The notes under the pieces were generated by a model. That model saw only the letters and a program-made list of their open reading frames with translations, searched no databases and had not been told where the DNA came from. This document shows positions 24,981 to 37,482 of a stretch of DNA of 64,000 nucleotides, in pieces; the stretch's first letter is position 1; the number at the start of each line of letters is the position of its first letter. The translations under genes and the position numbers were made by a program. The stretch comes from Octopus sinensis (taxonomy: Eukaryota). Where the stretch lies: positions 14,136,001 to 14,200,000 of the forward strand of contig NC_043004.1 of assembly GCF_006345805.1 (NCBI RefSeq). The letters run 5' to 3'.

Positions 24981-26885
24981 AGGCGCAGTAGTTACAGTGA
25001 GTAGATGTGAGTTACGGCTCCGCGAATAGAAAAAAAAGAACAAAAAGTAATATTGTCAATTATGGCTCGCTATAGTGAGCAAAATACTGGGTTCTCACCA
25101 CCGTAACGGTGAATTGAGAATTTTTATGAAAATTCTTCTTGCGAATTCTAGTGGGCGTATCTCGCCAGAAAAATAAGAATAAGCCATTTGGATTACCTTT
25201 TGGGTTACCTTTTTGGAGTATTATACAAAGGATTCCCTGTCTGTGCTATTTGTGAGGTGTTTCTTTTACTTTTCCCTTCTTCAATTTTTTTCTTCCTTTC
25301 TAAATTTTGGTTCATTCTTTTCATTACTTTAATTTCAGTTTCCTCCCCTCCTCTTTTGTTTTATTTTATTCGGTTTAATTTTTTGGCAGACTGTCTTTTG
25401 AACTACTTTTGAACTGTTTTTTGACATGGCAGAGAAGGTACTTAAAAAGAAAAACTCTGTCTTAGAGTGGGAAATTAACCCGCCTAAGCAATGGTTAAAA
25501 GATATGGAGGAGAAGACAATGGTACTTAGAACATATTCTAAAGTTCTTAATTCCATCACCGTCTTCCCAAAACAAGTCATAAAAAATGAACTTAAGGAAC
25601 ATTTGTCCTCTGTAAAATATATATCCCGTGGTGTCAAACATGCAACCATATGGTTGCTGTTTGACAACGGGGAAAAGGCTCGCCAGTTTGCGAGTCAACC
25701 TTTAGAAGGCAAGGAAATCCTGTTTCTCCCGTCATAGTGTGGAAGAAAATTAATACGAGCCTGGGTATGTGGGCTCCCCCCGGGCACCGAAGTGGATTGG
25801 ATTGAAGATACCATCCGACGGGGATTGGGGGATGGCGGGCCCAGGCTCTTAAATATAAGAGTATTGCCGGCGGTCGATTGGGAAGGGTCAAAAGCGATTT
25901 TGACCCTGTGGACCCCATCGGCCGCAACAGAACTGGTTTTTCCAGATTTCTTGAAAATGACTGGCTGCAGGTATCCGCTTATACTTGAGGGACGTCCCCC
26001 AAAGTGTCATCGTGCCTGCAGCCAGGCCACATTAAAAAGAACTGCCCCCAGGAATGGTAAGGTCCTGGAACAGTCACTAGATGACACTTCCCCTACCCGG
26101 TCAAAGGGAGAGGTGGATGTGGTCGAGGAGGCTTCAGCCTCCTCAACTCAAAAAGGATTAAAAAGGAAGAAGGCGGGCAACAATAATTGCCCGCCGAAGG
26201 AACCTAAGGCTTCGGGAGGCGGGGAGTGTCTCCGGACAAAGCGGAAGAGCTCCACTCTCCCGAAGCCAGGAAGAAAAGAAAAAAAAAGGAAGAAGAACGG
26301 GTTATCTCAGCGGGGAGATGATGTGCCGACTGCATGTCCCGAAGTTGTGCCACCCACGGTGAAAGAAACCACCCCCACACTTAAAGATGATCAATTAATT
26401 ATCTTTTTCTACAAGGGCGGAGAGGTGAAAATAATAGTAGAAGAACATAAAGAAACATTAGATATGCCCTTTACACGGGATCCCGAATGGCCTCCGCAGA
26501 TAGCTGTGGAGGTCATAGGGTTTCCCTTGTGGGAAAGGCTTAAATGATTTGGGGAGGAGTGTCGCATATGGCCGGGTCGCCCTTACACGACTTACATGTC
26601 CTACATGAGTGAGGCATGGGAAATGGCGGGATACAGAAACTCAAGCGGCATTGAAGATAATGATTAATATATCGATTGGATATATCGAACAGTAGGAGGT
26701 GAAAGACCCTCGTTACAGGGTTTGAAACCTCATCTTATTGAATTATTCTGTAGTGGTTTATAACCTCAATTTTGTGCTTTAAGAAAGAAAAAAAGAAAAC
26801 ATGTTAAGTAAGAGGTTTTAGTGCCTCCCCTTGTAAGAGGTTTGAAACCTCATATTGATTTTAAAAAAAGAAAAAAAAAAGAAAA
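24981..26885 (+). mobile_element. ORF1-only L1/Tx1-like retroposon (tentative)
   Basis: Starts at the edge of a (TA)n tract, carries a decayed ORF1-like reading frame, ends in A-rich tails (26781-26799, 26863-26885); no endonuclease or RT follows. Confidence 0.55.
25426..26666 (+). pseudogene. Non-LTR ORF1/gag-like protein with CCHC zinc knuckle
   Basis: ORFs 25426-25737 and 25792-26547 are in one frame separated by one TAG; restoring one base at 26012 gives C-H-x-C-LQPG-H-IKKN-C (26005-26045); the frame continues past TGA 26545 as FGEECRIWPGRPY...IEDND*. Confidence 0.75.
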
Positions 26886-27025
26886 TATGTTTTCGAGAAA
26901 AATCCAATCGGCGGGTGTTGGGTTTCGTCTCTCATTTATTCATTATATTTCATTTTCATTCATTAATGTATTTGTCCAGCCCGCAAAGCTCTTTGTACTG
27001 TCTATATGACAAATTTATGAAATAA

Positions 27026-27157
27026 AGTAGCTTGCTTATCAACCACATGGTTCTGGGTTCTGCGTGGCACCTTGGGCAAGTATTTTCTACTATAGCCTCG
27101 GGCCAACCAAAGCTTTGTGAGTGGATTTGTTAGACAGAAACTGAAAGAAGCCCGTCG

Positions 27158-27212
<55 letters not shown>

Positions 27213-27378
27213 CTGTGTTTGTCCCTTCCCCACCATCGCTTGACAACAGATTCTGGTCTGTTTACGTCTTCGTAACTTAGCGGTTTGGCAAAAGAAACCC
27301 GATAGTTTAATTCCTGGGGTCAATTTGTCCGACTAAAGGCGGTGTTCTGGCATGGCCGCAGTCAAATGACTGAAACAA
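27026..27378 (+). mobile_element. SINE family B
   Basis: AGTAGCTTGCTTATCAACCACATGG ... CATGGCCGCAGTCAAATGACTGAAACAA. Confidence 0.85.
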
Positions 27379-28111
27379 AGTTAAGGATAAAAAAATTATG
27401 AGAGTAAAAGAGATATATTGTATAAATATATATTTTGTCATCCACTTGCATTTTACCATTTCCAATATCAAAGCAAACAGCCGCACTGGTTCCTTTTCCC
27501 ATAATATGCTGCCGAAATCTTCAAATCCAAGAAAACTGAAACGACAACCAGCACTAACATCACCTCCCCACCTACTTATCAACGCTTTCATAACAGACAC
27601 TGCACCATTGACACCTTCACAACAGAGTACACTGAAACGACTTATGTACACATTTCCATTACCATTTCCATCTTCGATAATACTAAAAGTCGACGTAAGC
27701 AGCAGGCTGCAATACAAAGCCATATAGGAAAAATTTAGTCGTCACTAACAGTGATATTTATATGGTTGTTGGGGTTTCGGTGTTGTTGATGTTGAAGACA
27801 TTGATGGATTGTGTGGGAAATAGACCTGGCAGTATTGATTCTGTTGATGTTGGAAATGGTTTGAGCAAGTGGCTAACAGAATATGCATTTAATGTTTTAA
27901 TAATGCCTTGTTAATGGATGGCTGTCCTTGAAGCATGGCTAGGCACACATATTCACACTAGTATGTACATATAAGTACAAAATAAAAGGTACATACAAGC
28001 GAGCCCACGCATATATTAGGTATGCGTACAAGATACATGACCCTACTCAAATAAATACATAAATATGAACATAATACATAATTATTTATGTAAGAAAATA
28101 GATGTACTTAA

Positions 28112-28340
28112 GGCGGCGAGCTGGCAGAATCGTTAGCACGCCGAGCGAAATGCGTAGCCGTATTTCGTCTGCCGTTACGTTCTGAGTTCAAATTCCGCCG
28201 AGGTCGACTTTGCCTTTCATACTTTCGAGGTTGATAAATTAAGTACCAGTCACGCACTGGGGTCGATATAATCGACTTAATCCATCTGTCTGTCCTTGTT
28301 TGTCTCCTCTATGCTTAGCCCTTTGTGAGTAATAAAGAAA
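28112..28340 (+). mobile_element. SINE family A, full length with target-site duplication
   Basis: TAAGAAAATAGA(T/C)GTACT at 28091-28108 and 28341-28358. Confidence 0.93.
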
Positions 28341-29053
28341 TAAGAAAATAGACGTACTCTCTAACCTCACTAACGGACAATGAGAGAGTAGACAATTGTC
28401 AACAAGATTCCTTCTATTTTAACTGAAAATTTGATATTGGAATTTCTTCAGGTTATTTTGTCAGGTTACGCTAGAATATTTCGATCTCAGTTTTATAGGT
28501 GAAATTTGAAGCATTGTAAGGAAATTCGAAATGTGAACTCGCTCTTGGAAGCAAAAAGTTAAAAAAATATATGTTAATAAAACATAAAATTTTATGCTTT
28601 TCTTTTTATTGGGGATGTTCCATTTGAAGTCCTCTTCAAAGACAGAAGCAATAAACCAGTTAAGGCAGACAGGATTTCTTTGGAATTCTCTTTTTAGACA
28701 CAGACACACGGACAGGCACATACGTATTGTGTAGCTTCGTTTTTTGTGGAGTACGTGAGTGTAAATTATTTGTTAATTAATAATTAATGCGATGAACAAT
28801 ATAATATCCATATAAGGAAATGTTAACTTCTGCACTCATTTAAAATTAATTAATCATAACATGACAGAAACCACGCGAGTCAATATAATCAAAATTGTAA
28901 TCTTAGAGATGAAATAAATCACTTTGAAGGGAATATTTGATCTCTTAAAAATCAGTGTGTTACATTTTCTATAGATACTTTTTGTTGGAAAACGCATTGA
29001 AGTATACCACTATTATACAATCGATATTTGATACCGGGAAGAATAGATCGCTG

Positions 29054-29260
29054 TGGAAGAAGTCGAATATTACATTGCTTTAGAAGAAGGTTGATAAAGA
29101 AGATCTGAGAAACTATCATCTAATCTTCCTCTTGTCCGGTCTTCAGAAACTGTTAACAAAGATTATAGTTAAGAGATTTTTCAAATATCTCAGTGATCGA
29201 CATCCGAGAATACAAGCAGGTTTTCGAAAGAACTACAGCGCCACTGACCACATATTCCTT
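29054..29260 (+). pseudogene. RTE-clade LINE reverse transcriptase fragment
   Basis: WKKSNITLL*KKVDKEDLRNYHLIFLLSGLQKLLTKIIVKR...PRIQAGFRKNYSATDHIF, matching the RT motifs NYRPISLLS and QAGFR...DHIF. Confidence 0.85.
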
Positions 29261-29377
29261 CCAACAAGGATTACACATGCACGCACGCACACACACGCAC
29301 ACATACACATACACACACACACATATAGATGCATATGTGTATGCATACATGTGTGTATATATATATATACACACACT

Positions 29378-29409
<32 letters not shown>

Positions 29410-29581
29410 CTTATTTATATATATACATACATATACATATGTACGCATGTATGTGTCTATCTGTCTATCTATCATTCTATCTGTATATTTATTATATATT
29501 TATCTATTAATATATATATGTATATACACACACACACATATATGTATGTATGTATATATGTATGTATGTATGTATGTATAT

Positions 29582-29740
29582 AGGCACAGGAGTGGTTGTA
29601 CGGTAAGTAGCTTGCTTACCAACAACATGGTTCCGGGTTCTAATCCCACTGCGGGGTACTTTGAGTAAATGTCTTCTGCTATAGTCTCAGGCCCACCAAA
29701 GGCTTATGAACGGATATGGTAGACGGAAACTGAAAGAAGC
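29582..29740 (+). mobile_element. SINE family B head
   Basis: GGCACAGGAGTGGTTGTACGGTAAGTAGC ... GGTAGACGGAAACTGAAAGAAGC. Confidence 0.8.
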
Positions 29741-29770
29741 TTGTATATATATATATATGTGTATATATAT

Positions 29771-29851
<81 letters not shown>

Positions 29852-30062
29852 TGGGAGGTGTACGTGTGTATGTATGTGTATGCGTGTGTATGTATGTATG
29901 TGTATGCTTGTGTATGTATGTGTGTGTGTGTGAGTCGTCTAAAAAACCATAAGTCAGGGAAAAGATGCACTGGTATATCTGTCAATAGAGTGAATATATT
30001 ATCCGAAATATATAGTATTTTAGATTCATCGCGGCTAATTTTACCAATCACCTCTCGGGTTA

Positions 30063-30254
30063 GGTAACGATTCGATTATATAACCTTACGCTCATCAGAG
30101 TTAGCCGAAAAGAAAGGGAATTCGGCGACTGCCATTTAAAGAGAGCAGTCACCATATTCCCTTCCTTATATAATCGAATTGTTAGCAGTCACCATATTCC
30201 CTTCAATATCGGCTATCTCTGACGAGCGTAAGGTTATATAATCTGATTGTTACC
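30063..30254. repeat. Short fold-back element, ~70 bp arms plus a partial third copy
   Basis: 30063-30132 mirrors 30185-30254; GCAGTCACCATATTCCCTTC occurs twice on the + strand. Confidence 0.8.
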
Positions 30255-31249
30255 AAACACTCCATTGATTACCTGGTGCGAAACCGATTCGTAAGATCAG
30301 CAGTGATGGATATATAATACTATATATTTTGGATGATATATATATGTGTGTATGTGTGTGTGCGTGTCTGTGTGCGCGCGCGTATTTGCAACAACGTGAT
30401 TTGAAAGAACTATCAATAAATTTTAATTTCTACTTCCCTTTGTTTTGTTGTCTTTTAATCAAAAACAGATTAATAACAAATTTCAAACGTTGACTGGATT
30501 CATTATGGTGTATTGTAGCCATTTAGAAATCGATGCTTCATTTGCTAGATATAAGCGACAAATCGCTTCTAACATGGTGGCATTATATTTTTTACATTGT
30601 AGTCTTATATAAGTTACGCTTGAAGAAAACGTTATCGTCTCTCCTTAAAAGTCTTTGATCAAGGGTCTGCTCGATTGCGGCAGAGTTGAGAATAAACAAT
30701 AATAATAGTAATAATAACAACACTGATACACGTCATTAATACTTGAACGATGGAGAACTAAATTGACTTAAGTCTGTTTGACAGTTCCTGCTCCATCTGA
30801 TGTGTATCCACATTTCATTAAATATTCAAAATGTCTATGAATGTCTATATATATATATATATATACACATACATACACACACACACTCAGAGGCATATAC
30901 GCACACACATACTCACAAACACACACGCACGCACTCGTAAATACGTGTGTATGTGTGTGTATGCGTTTCCTAAGTATTGTTAGTAATTACAGTCGTTTTG
31001 CCTCCCTAGCTATTTATGAACAGCAATAATTTTACGAGATGCAAAGATGCTTCTAATTGTCGCTCGAGCTGCTGGAAACGGGAAACAAACCTCTATTAAA
31101 TTACACTCTTCAATTTTTAGTCAGTGAAGAAACATTGGATAATGTACTCCTACACGTCTCTTTAGGACTTTTTGGTCATGGTAGGGATAACATTAATGAT
31201 AGTGGTTCTGAATTAAGGGTTACATACGATCAAAAAGAACCACAAAAAC

Positions 31250-31440
31250 AATTGAGGCTGTGTGGTAAAAAGCTTCCTTCTGGACAATAAAGAAATAAGA
31301 AGCTTCGTTCCCAACCATATCATTCTGGGTTGAGTACTTCTGCGTGGCACCTTGGCCAACTATTTTCTACTGTAGCCTCGGACCTACCATAGCCTTGTAA
31401 GTGGATTTAGTAGTCGGAAACTGAAAGGAGCCCGTCATCT
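31250..31440 (+). mobile_element. Degraded SINE family B head
   Basis: GGCTGTGTGGTAA ... CTGCGTGGCACCTTGG ... GGAAACTGAAAGGAGCCCGTC. Confidence 0.7.
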
Positions 31441-31560
31441 ATATATATATATATATACGGCAAATAAGAAACTGGAGGGGATGTAAAAACGACATACATC
31501 AGCCGGTAGACATTCTAGTATGTCTATGTAAAATTATTAGAAAGTATTAGAAGAATAAAT

Positions 31561-31847
31561 GTTTGTTCCTTCTCGAGCCACGCCTGGCTTATAGGGCTGG
31601 TTTCCCGGTTTCCTTGACGTATTGGTTTCCCACCTGGACAGGACTCCTGTCTGTTGCAGGTGAGCTGCATGATGCAGGAGGAAAGAGTGAGAGAAAGTTG
31701 TGGCGAAAGGGTCAGCAGAAGTTCACCAGTACCTTCTGCCTGAGCCACGTTAGGTGTTTCGCTCATAAACACACACATCGCCCGGTCTCAGATTGGAACC
31801 CGCGATCCTTCGACCGCTGCTCTAATAACTAGGCCATGTGCCTCCAC
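31561..31847 (-). mobile_element. SINE with family C-like head and a different tail
   Basis: Minus head GTGGAGGCACATGGCCTAG ... GGTTCCAATC; body GAGTGAGAGAAAGTTGTGGCGAAAG shared with family C; tail CCGGGAAACCAGCCC resembles family D. Confidence 0.75.
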
Positions 31848-32687
31848 AGAAGAATAAATACACATGTAATAACTATGTGTTACATACACATGCAATAATA
31901 TTATAGAAAAGAGCAAAAAAGCAAACGATCAGATTGTCAGTAAGTTCTAATTCCTTACGGCCGTTTCTTCCAAGAGACAACGAAATCTTCTATGCCATCT
32001 TCATCTCCTCAGTGTTCTGCAGGGATGGATAGATAAAGTTTGGATGATGAATGTGCCTCTAGGCTTCTTCAGAAGGTCTAAGTTGTTGGGAGGGTTAATG
32101 CATATAAGAAAGAGTTAACAATAGTTTTTAGTGTTTTTATCTCTTATTTTTTGAAATATAAGTGCCTTGTCACTCGCAGTCAGAAATGTGAGTTCGTGTG
32201 TTGAAGCATATTTTGTTGTGTGGGGGTAGAGTCAGTTTATTTTTGCGTCATTTTCTTTTAACACACACACCGGTAAAATTTCCACTTATTTCTTATTTTT
32301 ATTTTCTTAAAATTTTCGTTGCGTCTTGCAACCTTTTCAAGACTATTGAAAAGGTTGCAAGACGCAACGAAAATTTTTGGAAAATAAAAATAAGAAATAA
32401 GTGGAAATTCATAGGTATGATTTTCAATAATCTTTTTCGATTTTATCGGTCGGGAAAAGTAAAATAAATTCTGCTTAAAGAGGATCTACACTCAAAACAA
32501 GAAGAAAATGACATTGCTAAGTATCTTACAATATTCTATTTAATGTTCAAGCTAATACTTACATATATGTAAATACTTTTTCATTAAAAGAATTTAGAAA
32601 TTCGAGCGATATGAAGTATATATATTTTTACCGTCGAACTCGAAGCAGATAAAGTTATGAATAATTGCTTGTAGAATTGCTTATGAA

Positions 32688-32750
<63 letters not shown>

Positions 32751-35700
32751 TATTTACTGCCGAACTCGAAGCAGATAAGGTTATAAATAATTGAGTTATA
32801 AATCCTTGGGTAGAAAATATTCGAAGTTTGCTTATGAATCTTGAACCCACGTCAGTAAACATGTAAAACGTTGTAATCATTAAACCAAAACAACACTTCG
32901 GATTTTCTCCATTTATTTTAGAAGGTTTATATTTAAAAGCGAAAATTGTTTGTTGTTTACATTATAAGAAAGTTCGAGAGAGTCGCCGCTAAGAACAAAG
33001 TTTCCAAAATAATTGGAGAAAGTTCAAAGGATTACTTTGCAGGAGATGTATGTTGGAGTTCCAAAGGCAGCTTTTGTTATTTTTATCCAGTATTCTAAAA
33101 ACTTTTCTTTGTAGCTTGATTTGCTTCCAGTCGCATCGTTCAAACATTATGCCCCCCCCATCACTATATACAAAAATACACACACACATACACGCGCGCA
33201 CACACGCACAAACACATACACACATGGCATGTTAAGCAAAATATATAGGAGAAAAATATTGGTCGAGAGACAAATTTAATTAATTGAAACATATGTTTAA
33301 AAAAGAGCAGAAATTCATTGTAATTAAAGTTGAGTTAAATGATAAGAATAAATTATCTTTTAAATGAATTATATTTTCAGACATTGTTGTTTATAAGGAA
33401 ATAAATCTAATTATAAGAAATTAATTTTAAGCATAAAGAAAGAAATGTTTACTGGAATAAGTTCATTTATTTCTAAGATTAAATGTTACACTTCAAAGGT
33501 AGACCACAATATTATTTGTATAGTCCAACAAAACAGTTAAAATCATTTTTGATGAAATAAAGAGTTTAATATTATTTGGCATAAGGGGGTAGGGTGGGAG
33601 CGAAAGGGAGAACTTCTTAGAATTGCTATCGCAGCATCAAGTAGCTGCTGTTAGTTAGAAACTTCTAACAAAATATGAACATTTGAATATGATATAGCTA
33701 CGTAATTATAATATCTATAACAGTTTTCAAAAGGATCATTTATGTGATGCATAATATAAGGCCTTGTTGTACATATACCTTGCAAGACAATCGATTAATG
33801 ATTCATGATATCGTTCACGATTCTTTTGCCAAAAAATATAAGGCTTCTAAAAGTACTTTTGAACTGGAATCACTACAAGAAACTATTAAATAATATATAG
33901 TCTTACTAAACTATTTCACAAAGTAAATTATATGTAATACGTTAAATCACATTATAAAATAATAATTATAAATTAAATAGATATACGTATCGTAACTAAT
34001 AATTATCAAGGAACTATATATAAATTAATATTTTAACAACAATAATCAAACATAATACAATTCAAAAATTAAATATTGTTAAATAAATACGTTACTTAAG
34101 TTGATGAAAAGCGTGCAAGATGTCCTTCATTGGATAACAGACATTTTCATTAATCAAAATGAAAATGATTTATCATTATTTTACCGAAACACATACTCAA
34201 GAATTACATTTTTCTTCCTTAGTAGTGGACAGAAGTGAAGCAAAGTAAGGTGGACACTAATGTACCAAATAAACGAATTACAGATAAGCAGCCATCTCGA
34301 AATAAATGCTGATATCAGTTATAGACTGACAGACCTCCAGCTGGGAGCAATTGGCCTTCCACTTAGCATAGCATCGGCCAAATGAAGAGCGACAACATAA
34401 TTGTTACCCTTTCTTCCTTCGTGTCAGCAGAACGCAGAGCTTTCACACTGCCAACTACCAGCGAGCGATCAGCGCATTGTGCCATTGTCAATTAGAACTA
34501 TGTACATTTTGCTAAACCGTGCCAGCAAATAAATTTGTGAATATTCCCTTTTTCTTCGATGTTGTTCTTTACATGAACAGTCGTCACATTTGTCCGTTAC
34601 ATTTGGTGACACCGATCAAAACAATTGCGGTTTTCATTTCAACAGTCGATATACTCGAACTAAAGAATTACAGCCTTCGCTTCGCTTCAACGGTTATAGA
34701 TTAGGTTTAAAGAAAATATCACGTATTGCTTTTACGACACTGGTATGCTATTCTTCCATTTTCCGGTCATACACACGTAGGAATGAAATTCTCTTTCCAC
34801 CGAATCAATATGGTACAAAGTGGGCAGAAAAGTTCAGGTCAGCTTTCCAAAGATCCATCTGCAAATCCATAGGGAAGTAGGATTAAAGTATTCACGGGAA
34901 GGCGGGGCTGTAAGTATCAAGAGTCTATTTGGGATGACCAGCATCATTGTTAGAAATCTGCATTACTTAACTTAATTTAGCTTGAACATCTAATTTTTCA
35001 ATTGTCTTCGAAATTTATGGCAATTTCTTTCCTAACAAATAAATCTCTAGACAGAAGATAGGGTAAAGTATTAGGAAGAACTGCAATTATATAGAAAAGA
35101 GCACCTGGATCATGAAACGTCTCATTGACCTGTTGATTTGTGACTTTCTCAACTTTGGGATCGTAATTAGAATCATAGAACGAAGATGATCATGAAGAAT
35201 TTCTTTTATAGTACCTCTTTCGTTGGCTGCTGAATCTTGCACAGAACCATTTCTAACTTCTCATTCGTATTAGTAGTTTAAGCCAATGTTTTCGTTTTTC
35301 GTTGTAATAAATTATTTTGCATTATAATTTATTCCCTTTTTCCGTGCGCATAAATTCTATATCATGAACCTTCGTACTAAATCTACAAATTAATATAATG
35401 AGGGAAACAGAACGTTTACGAGTACGCCGAAAGCTTTATTTTCTAATTCTTTTAAATCGAATACTCCTCGTAATCATATCCAGATCAAAAATATTGTCTT
35501 CCACAGCCTTATCGAGTTTACGTAATTGTTTTCAACCAATGAAGATAACTTGGACGCAATGTCTACGACTCTGTTGAGAGAAAGGGCTGTTAACTTTCGT
35601 CTGCGTATGTGCTTCATTGGTAATCAGGCACAACCGCAAGGAGTCCCCTTGTAATCAATAAAAAAAATACTATCTAATTTCTTTCCTAGAGTTTTCTCAG

Positions 35701-36394
35701 CATTCCGAAGACGTTATTCATTTCTAATTTGCCCCATTGCGTTTTCCCAACGATATTTTGACATATGCTAACATTAAATATATTTACATATGCATATATC
35801 ACTACTTTATTTTACACATTGTAGTATCTTCACAACACAGGACCAATTCCACAGCAGGTTCTAATACCAACAGACCATTGCATTACAGCAAAATAGCTTT
35901 AGTAATGCTTTAGAATGTATTTTAATTATGATATATATCCCAGCTTTTCTGTGAGTATTATGCATTATAAAATGCCTTTACTCGAAGGAGCATTTGTGGA
36001 AAACACATTTACCGAAAAGAAACACACGTACGCGAGCGCACGCGTTTGCCTCGCGTATCGGAAGTAACTTTACTAACTTGTTGACTCGTGCCTAGAGTAG
36101 AAAATACTTGAAAAAGGTATTGAAAAGTCGGTTCGAACCTATTACTATGTTATCAACATTTTAACTAAGTTGTTAAATCTGCATTCAATATTTTCTCCAT
36201 ATCATTATTAACTTGATGCGACAAGAAACGTAAATGAAGCGATGTAGATTCTAGGAAACTACATTTTCTCTAAAAATATAAAGAAACACTCTACAAAGGG
36301 AGGTGAAAACTGCTGATTAACTTGATCTAGATTAAGATCAGCTCTTTTAAAAAATAAAATCGTGCAAACTTGAAATCAGAAAGCAATTCGACCC

Positions 36395-36600
36395 TTTGCA
36401 AAAAAACAAAAAAACAAAAAAACAAAACACATACAAAAAATAAAACAAAACACACACAAAAAAAAAAACAAAACACACACACAAAAATAAAACAAAACAC
36501 ACTAAAAAAATAAAACAAAACACACTAAAAAAATAAAACAAAACACACAAAAAATAGAAGAAAACACAAAAATAGAACAAAATACAAAAAATAAAACAGT
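36395..36600. repeat. A/C-rich low-complexity repeat (AAAACAAAACACAC-like)
   Basis: Directly visible. Confidence 0.9.
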
Positions 36601-37267
36601 AAAAGTTGGCTGTTATCTGCAATCTGAAATACTTTTATACAATGAATTATATTAACTACTTTAATATTATGAATTGCGAATATGAAATAATTTTTAGCTA
36701 TGTAAATGAAATTAAAAAGAAATATGATATTGAGATATTTCGCTTGTTTAGTCAGGATAATTGTGACGACAAAAATATTGGCAACTGATACTGAAATCCG
36801 TGTAGAGAATACGATTCAGAGATAATGCACCATTGTAACATTTGACCCTTTAGAATATGTTATTAAAGCACAGACATATTATTGAAGCAAAAATACTCTA
36901 TTTTTATCCGGAATTCAAGAACTATAGAATCTTACGTATCTAATGGTCAGAGTGCCTCATCAGATTTATATAATAAATGCTAATTTCATTTGCATTGGAT
37001 AATTCAGAGGTAGTGTTAACTTGTTAATTAAGCTAAATCACTTAGGGAACCGGCTAATCAGTCTAGTATCTCAACGGAATAATGTTTTGAAGTTTATACT
37101 TTTGAAATTTAGGAATCATTTAAAAAATAAGATGTCCACACATTGATATTATTTGAGAGGTGTCGGAATAAAAGCTATGTAAGAAATTATCAACTTTGTT
37201 AGAATTTAAAATTTAAATGTAAGTGATGCCATATCTTTGTCATTCTGAATAGATCTTGTCTGTATTA

Positions 37268-37482
37268 CAAGGAAGTGCTGAAAACTTCCTGGCTTTAATG
37301 GTATCAGGAAAGCCCTGTTGGAGGGCCAGCATTCTGTGTTCTTTTACAGGGCTTAGAAAAACTGAAGGACCGCTGCAATGAGTGTGTAAATCTGAGAGGG
37401 GAATATGTTGAAATAATCATAATCAACTGATCCTTCTGTATTTTCTTTTCCTCAAAGCCAGGAACTTTTCACCACCCTCTCG
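37268..37482 (+). mobile_element. mariner-derived MITE (215 bp)
   Basis: ~29 bp imperfect TIRs CAAGGAAGTGCTGAAAACTTCCTGGCTTT / AAAGCCAGGAACTTTTCACCACCCTCTCG, TA flanks; interior translates QGLEKLKDRCNECVNLRGEYVE (mariner C-terminus). Confidence 0.88.

Noticed and set aside
25792-26547. Intact host gene (251 aa ORF)
   Set aside because: It is in frame with the upstream ORF across a stop, the zinc knuckle is out of frame, and an A-tail follows, which fits a decayed retroelement ORF1 better.
36935-36965. Hammerhead on minus strand (CTGATGAGG)
   Set aside because: GAAA reads GATA and stem I would have to use core bases.
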